From Dipteris shenzhenensis (Eukaryota), in assembly GCA_047967505.1 (NCBI GenBank), contig CM106538.1: a DNA stretch of 64,000 nucleotides; one strand, written 5' to 3'. Below are positions 60,100 to 64,000 of this stretch, piece by piece (position 1 is the first letter of the stretch; each line of letters starts with the position of its first letter). The notes under the pieces were generated by a model, which searched no databases, was not told the origin of the DNA, and saw only the letters and a list, made by a program, of their open reading frames with translations. A program made the translations under genes and the position numbers.

Positions 60100-63000
60100 T
60101 ATTGTTTAATCATGCACATTAGCCAGGCATAGATATCACACTCATAAGGTGCTGCTCTGAAATGCCAGAGAGTTGAGACACCCTCATCTAAGATGCCTAG
60201 AGCCTGCAAGCATGATGACCTGGATTCCAACAACCTGCAGGAGGTGGAACCCCATGGTGGAGGCACAGGCTTTGAGGCCCGCCGTTTTGCATTAGCAGGG
60301 GAAGGTGATGAAGGTGGGGACAACCCGCCATCCTACTTTGAAATCCTTATGAAGAAGATCTAAGGGGGCTTCACTCCCCTGCTAGAGGACGAGGCCAGAA
60401 GGCTTCTGCATGCAAAGCTGCCACGAAGAGTGAAAGAAAAGGAGAAGAAGCCTTGGTTTGAGAAGGGTAAGGCCCACGGATCATCAATCTGCATGCTTGA
60501 GCTGGAAGACGCGCGCCCCTAGTTGGAAAGGCTGGCCAGGGGAGGAGTTTACCTATACTTCACGGGAAGAATCCCCTCCTTGGAGGAGTTTAAAGAATTC
60601 ATGGTTTAAGAGTGCGGGCTCCTAGAGGAATGTTACACGTCGAGATTTTGGGGCAAAGGTTTCTTTCTACTCCAGTGCACCTCTGAGGCGATCAGAATGA
60701 GGTGATCAGAATTGAGCTGGTGGGGAGAGGATTCCAATTCTCAGGTGCACCTGTTCTAGTCCTACCTTGGTCCTCGGGCTTCAGCATCGACCTCGGACTT
60801 CAGCATCGATCAGTTCATGTGATTGCCCTGTATGGGTTGAGTTTCCAACCTCCTATCATGGTTGTGCGAGAAGATCAAGTACGTGGCAGGCTCGCTTGGA
60901 AAAGTTCTTCAAATCCCTCCATCGTCGCATCAACCTGGGGGAAGGAAGCGGGCATGAATTTTGTAGGATAGATCCCAAGACTTCTCGAACTTCGTCAGGA
61001 TCCAATCTTCAAATAGTCTTGTCATCGCACAGTAGGCCAGGTTTAGTCCATTCCTAGACTCTTGTTACATATGCAAACGTATGGGACACTTTGCGAGGAA
61101 TTGCCCACTTAGAGCAACGAATTTCAAGCTCGCAAATGGGGGAGAGATGCCTGGCATTGAGCAAGAGCATGAGGTGGTCTTGTCAACTCCCAACGAAGCT
61201 ATGCCCAAGACTGAACCGATGCCCAAGAGCTCTCACGAAGACAGGATGGATGGTGATGATCAGACACCTCACACAGGTGGAGAACCTTGGAGGATGGTGG
61301 GGAAGAACCCAAGGTGCTCAAAAATGATGATCCACACAATGGAAGGGACGTGGATGCACAGATCTCCCATCACCCTAGTACTTCCAATACATATGAGGAT
61401 TCCCTCCTGAAGGGTGAACACATTGATATGGAAGCGGAGTCACCAAATGCACAGACCACGCAAGACGATGGGGGCACCAAGGAAGTTGAGATGTTGGAAG
61501 CAAATCACTGCAAAAGAATGTTCGAGGAAAAGAGCAAGCAGAGAGCCATGCAGGACGAGGCTCCTCAAGGTGGTCAGCCACCAAGCCTAAAACGGTGTCC
61601 AAACGAATCAAGGAGGTGGCGAGATCATCGTCAAGGCAATAGATTCAATTTCCTTAAGGATGCTTGCAAGGCCCTCATCAATTAATCCGTCCATGATTAG
61701 GGGGAATAAGGAGATTGTCTCATACCTTAAAGTCCTAAGTTGGAACGTGAGGGGGTGCTGCAGCAGTAAGGTTAAACAGAAAGCATGCTTGCAGGTAATT
61801 AGGAAAGCCAAACCGAAACTTGTCTTGCTACAAGAAGTTAAGTGCGGCTATGAGGATAGTTGGTGGTTTGCTTTAGGTCAGCTAGGATTTCAAACCTTTG
61901 TCAATTCATCGGTTAGGGGGAAGGGAGGATCAGCGGTACTAGTGTAGACCAACCTAGGTCCCCGCGAAGTAGGGAGGAGCCCAAAGGGGTGGTTCATCGG
62001 AGTGAGGATCTCTCGGGGGGGGGGGGGGAGGGGGTGGTTACTGTTCAATGTGGCAAGCATCTATGTTCCTAATTCCTCAAAAGACAGAGCTGCTTGTTGC
62101 TGGAGTGCGCTGGGTGCATGTGTGGGGGAAGGGCATTGGTTGTTGGGGGGGACTAGAACGCGACTGAGAGGAGCTGGGAGGATTGCTTGCATGGGGGGGC
62201 TGTGTTGGGTGGTGCGGAGAGAGATTCCTGGGACGAGCTTTGCTTTGAAAAAGGTTTTATGGAGGCAAAGGAGCTAGACCCGGACAGGTTTCTAAGTTTC
62301 ACTTGGACCAATTGAGGAGGCAAAGAGGTGAGTTCAGGGTTGGTAAGCTAGATCGGCGGTTCTACATCTTCGATGAGGGGTGGTGGATGAGAGGCCCCAT
62401 GGAGGGCGGAGTAATAGGAATGGAGCTTTTTGACCACATTTCGGTCACTTGGAGCTTCGCGGTTCCAGTCACCATCAATCGCCCCCAAGATATCCCATTC
62501 GCATTTAATAAGAAGCTGCTATCCTTAATAGGCTTTTGCTATCAGATTCGGAGGGCCTGAAGGGAGACTGCGGCATTTGTGGACGACCCAATGAAGCGAT
62601 GGGATGGAGCCTTAAGAGAATTTATGCAGATTGCTAAGGCAGAAGACTTGAAGTACAGGAAAGCCCACAAGGAACGGTGGTTGGTTGCTCTGGCGACGCA
62701 GGAATCCCTTCGTGCCACCATCATGCACTCCCCTAAAGATCCCTACCTGGCCACTCTAGTGGTCAACTATGAGGCGGCTGTGCAAGAAGAGGAGGTGGCG
62801 AGAACCATGAGTCTGCAGACCTGGCTAGCAGTGGGAGACTACCCCTCGAAGGCCTTTTTCTAGGTGATTGAGAGAAACCGCTGGAGAGATTTAATTGATC
62901 GTGTGCAGGACTGTCAAGGCAACATATTAAATGAAATTTGGCACATTGTCGTCGTGTTCTAAAAGGAGCTAAGCTTTATCATGGGGGAAGGGTTGATCCA

Positions 63001-64000
63001 GGACAAAGAATGGCATTCCAACATTAACTGTGCGCTGGAGGGCATGACCCCAAGGGTCTCATAGTACCACCAGAGGCGGCTAGCTCAGCCCTACTCGCTA
63101 CTGCAGGAGCTGGAAGAAGATCTGACTTCTCTGGCCGACGAGAAAGCTCCAAGCCCACATGGCTTAAATTTTAAAATTTACAAGGCGTTTTGGGATGTGA
63201 TGGGCCAGGACCTGATCGACATGGCAAATGCAGCGACAACCCATGGCTCCCTCTCAAAGGATGTGAACTCCAAGCTCATGAAACTCATTCCCAAAAGGCA
63301 GAACGTGCTTAAGGTCGGTGACTAGAGGCCCTTAACGATGTTAAACACCTCTTACAAGGTGATTGCCAAGGCTCTGGCCATCAGAATTCACAAGATTTTC
63401 CGCTCGGTTGTTGATGAGGAACAAAACGGGTTTGTTCAAGGGAGGGATATCTTCGAGAATGTGCTGAATGTTTCCCGCGCCTTGGATCATGGGTAGAAGG
63501 TGGTTATGTTTGGCTTGGACCTCGATAAGGCATACGACCAGATAAGGTGGGATTATATCATGGCTACGTTGCTTCACCTGGGGTTTGGCCAAGCTTTCGC
63601 CAGCAAGGTCCAATGCCTATTCGGTAATGCGACTGCAATTCTGTGCTTAAATGGGGGGATGATTGGCGGGTTTGAGCTGAGAAGGTATGTTTGCCAGGGG
63701 TTCCCAGTGGCTCCTCTGTTATTTGCAATTGCGACGGTCCCCCTGATGCACATGATGAAATGCAAGGTAGGAAGAGGCGAAATCAAGGGTCTGGTCCTTT
63801 CGTCCGGGAGGCAGTTCTGCACTCAACTTTTCGTCGATGACACAATTTATATCTCCAACGAGGACCCAGAGAGTATAGGCCACGTCTTTGAGGTGGTCGA
63901 CACATTCTATAAAGCCTTAGGCTCCATCTGTAGTGGAGTCATTCGCACTGCGATCCTCCCTTGGACCCGGAATGGCTTGTTGATACAGGATTCTCTGTCT
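60100..64000 (+). mobile_element. Degenerate L1 (ORF1 with CCHC knuckle; ORF2 APE + RT), runs off the window
   Basis: ORF1 DUF4283-like LGKGFFLL..PVLVLPW and CYICKRMGHFARNC. APE LKVLSWNVRG..LVLLQEVK. RT KLIPK, RPLTMLNTSYKVIAK, LDLDKAYD, QLFVDD. Confidence 0.9.

Overview
Repeat-rich land-plant nuclear DNA; a large-genome seed-free plant such as a fern is an inference from the giant introns and TE types. There is one host gene, on the minus strand: a PAM2 + two-RRM poly(A)-binding-protein-interacting protein (CID8-13 family). I mapped nine coding exons by hand. Exons 1-8 are compact (53361-55672), exon 9 lies 18.2 kb away (35127-35188), and I did not find the expected last exon, so positions 1-35126 are probably one intron of more than 35 kb. 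These introns and the upstream region hold nested, mostly decayed retroelements: Ty1/copia (A, B/B', C1, C2, D), chromovirus and other Ty3/gypsy pieces, L1s, and many copies of a non-L1, RTEX-like LINE with (CT)n/(TTC)n tails. The most interesting signals concern that LINE system: a covarying 3' stem-loop shared by six tails, head-to-tail stacking at the tails, and an ORF1-only retroposon carrying the same 3' structure. Also notable are a rhodanese-like fragment in a chromovirus leader and a gag-protease-RNase H copia with TG...TA termini. All calls were made by eye with no database searches, and boundaries of decayed elements are approximate.
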